Source of the DNA: Mobula hypostoma
Taxonomy: Eukaryota
Reading direction: 5' to 3'
NCBI RefSeq assembly: GCF_963921235.1
Contig: NC_086109.1
Coordinates: 24,182,001 to 24,246,000, forward strand
Length of the DNA: 64,000 nt
Both the position numbers and the translations under genes were made by a program. Below the pieces are notes generated by a model. That model was not told the origin of the DNA, searched no databases, and worked only from the letters and a program-made list of their open reading frames with translations. This document shows positions 63,195 to 64,000 of the stretch, one piece after another (position 1 is the first letter of the stretch; the number at the start of each line of letters is the position of its first letter).

Positions 63195-63595
63195 AGATAG
63201 GAGCATAATCAGGCCATTTGGCCCATCAAATCTGCTCTACAATTTCACCATGGCAAATCACCTGCCTTCTCCCCATAACCTTTGACACTCTTATCAAACA
63301 AGAACCTTTCAGTTTCTGCTTTAAATATACACAATGACTTGGCCTCCACAGCCACCTGTGGCAATTAAATTCCACAGTTTCACCACCATCAGGCTAAAGG
63401 AATTCATAGAGTCATAGAGAAGAACAGCACAGAAACAGGCCCTTTGGCCCATCCAGTCCATGCCAAAACCACTTAAACTGCCTACTCCCATCGACCTGGA
63501 GAATTCCTCCTCGTCTCTGTTCTAAAGGGACATCCTTCTACACTGAGGCTCCCCTACGATAGAAGACATCCTCTCCACATCCACTTCACCTCAAC
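63195..63595 (-). mobile_element. CR1 3' fragment with a nested CR1 tail (63406-63498)
   Basis: Similar to 9996-10340; gaattc is repeated on both sides of the nested piece. Confidence 0.75.
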
Positions 63596-64000
63596 ATTCC
63601 TCTAGAAACAGGGGAAATGTAGTTTAGGAATGGATTTTGAGAAATTAACTGACAAAAATGATCACTAATGACAGAACCAAGAAACTTGCACAATGAGGCT
63701 AGGACTGGAGGAATACAGGCATCTTGAAGCATGAGCGGCCCAGAGGAGGTTTTAGGAGCAGAGGAGTGTGAGACCATGGCAGGATCCATACATGAAGGTG
63801 AGACCAGCTCCCTAGGTTATACACTCAAACTTGAAGCACAGGCACTTAGTGGAAGTGCAGGGCCAAATCAGCAAAGTTTCAATTGCGCTTCTGAGCATCT
63901 CTGCTGTCCAGTCTTGCAGAGGTTTGGTTCTGATTGTGTTGGAATCAGTCCAGTCCCAAAGCAGGATTGGACAAAACTTCCAGGGCACAGCTATTTCAAG

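Overview
Eukaryotic, repeat-dense DNA that is intronic or intergenic. It is very likely from a cartilaginous fish, probably a ray; this is inferred from HE1/V-SINE-like and Deu-domain SINEs plus shark-type CR1 and Penelope families. No host protein-coding gene can be identified. The long ORFs are retroelement-derived: a near full-length CR1 LINE (+, 12628-16594) nested antisense inside an older CR1, a near full-length decayed Rex1/Babar LINE (-, ~50761-54660), and a Penelope 3' fragment with a GIY-YIG C-terminus. Smaller repeats include a Tc1 fragment, a hAT-Charlie MITE and dozens of SINE/LINE remnants. Most notable signals: (1) a U-UUA-AAC slippery heptamer directly before the CR1 ORF1 stop, with an AUG-less ORF2 in the -1 frame, suggesting programmed frameshifting; (2) many Penelope-derived short, often palindromic elements carrying a minimal hammerhead ribozyme, several with 12-14 bp target-site duplications; (3) multi-layer nested insertions; (4) a few unverified micro-exon candidates in TE-poor islands. 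Family names come from recognition by eye, not database searches, and boundaries of old elements are approximate.
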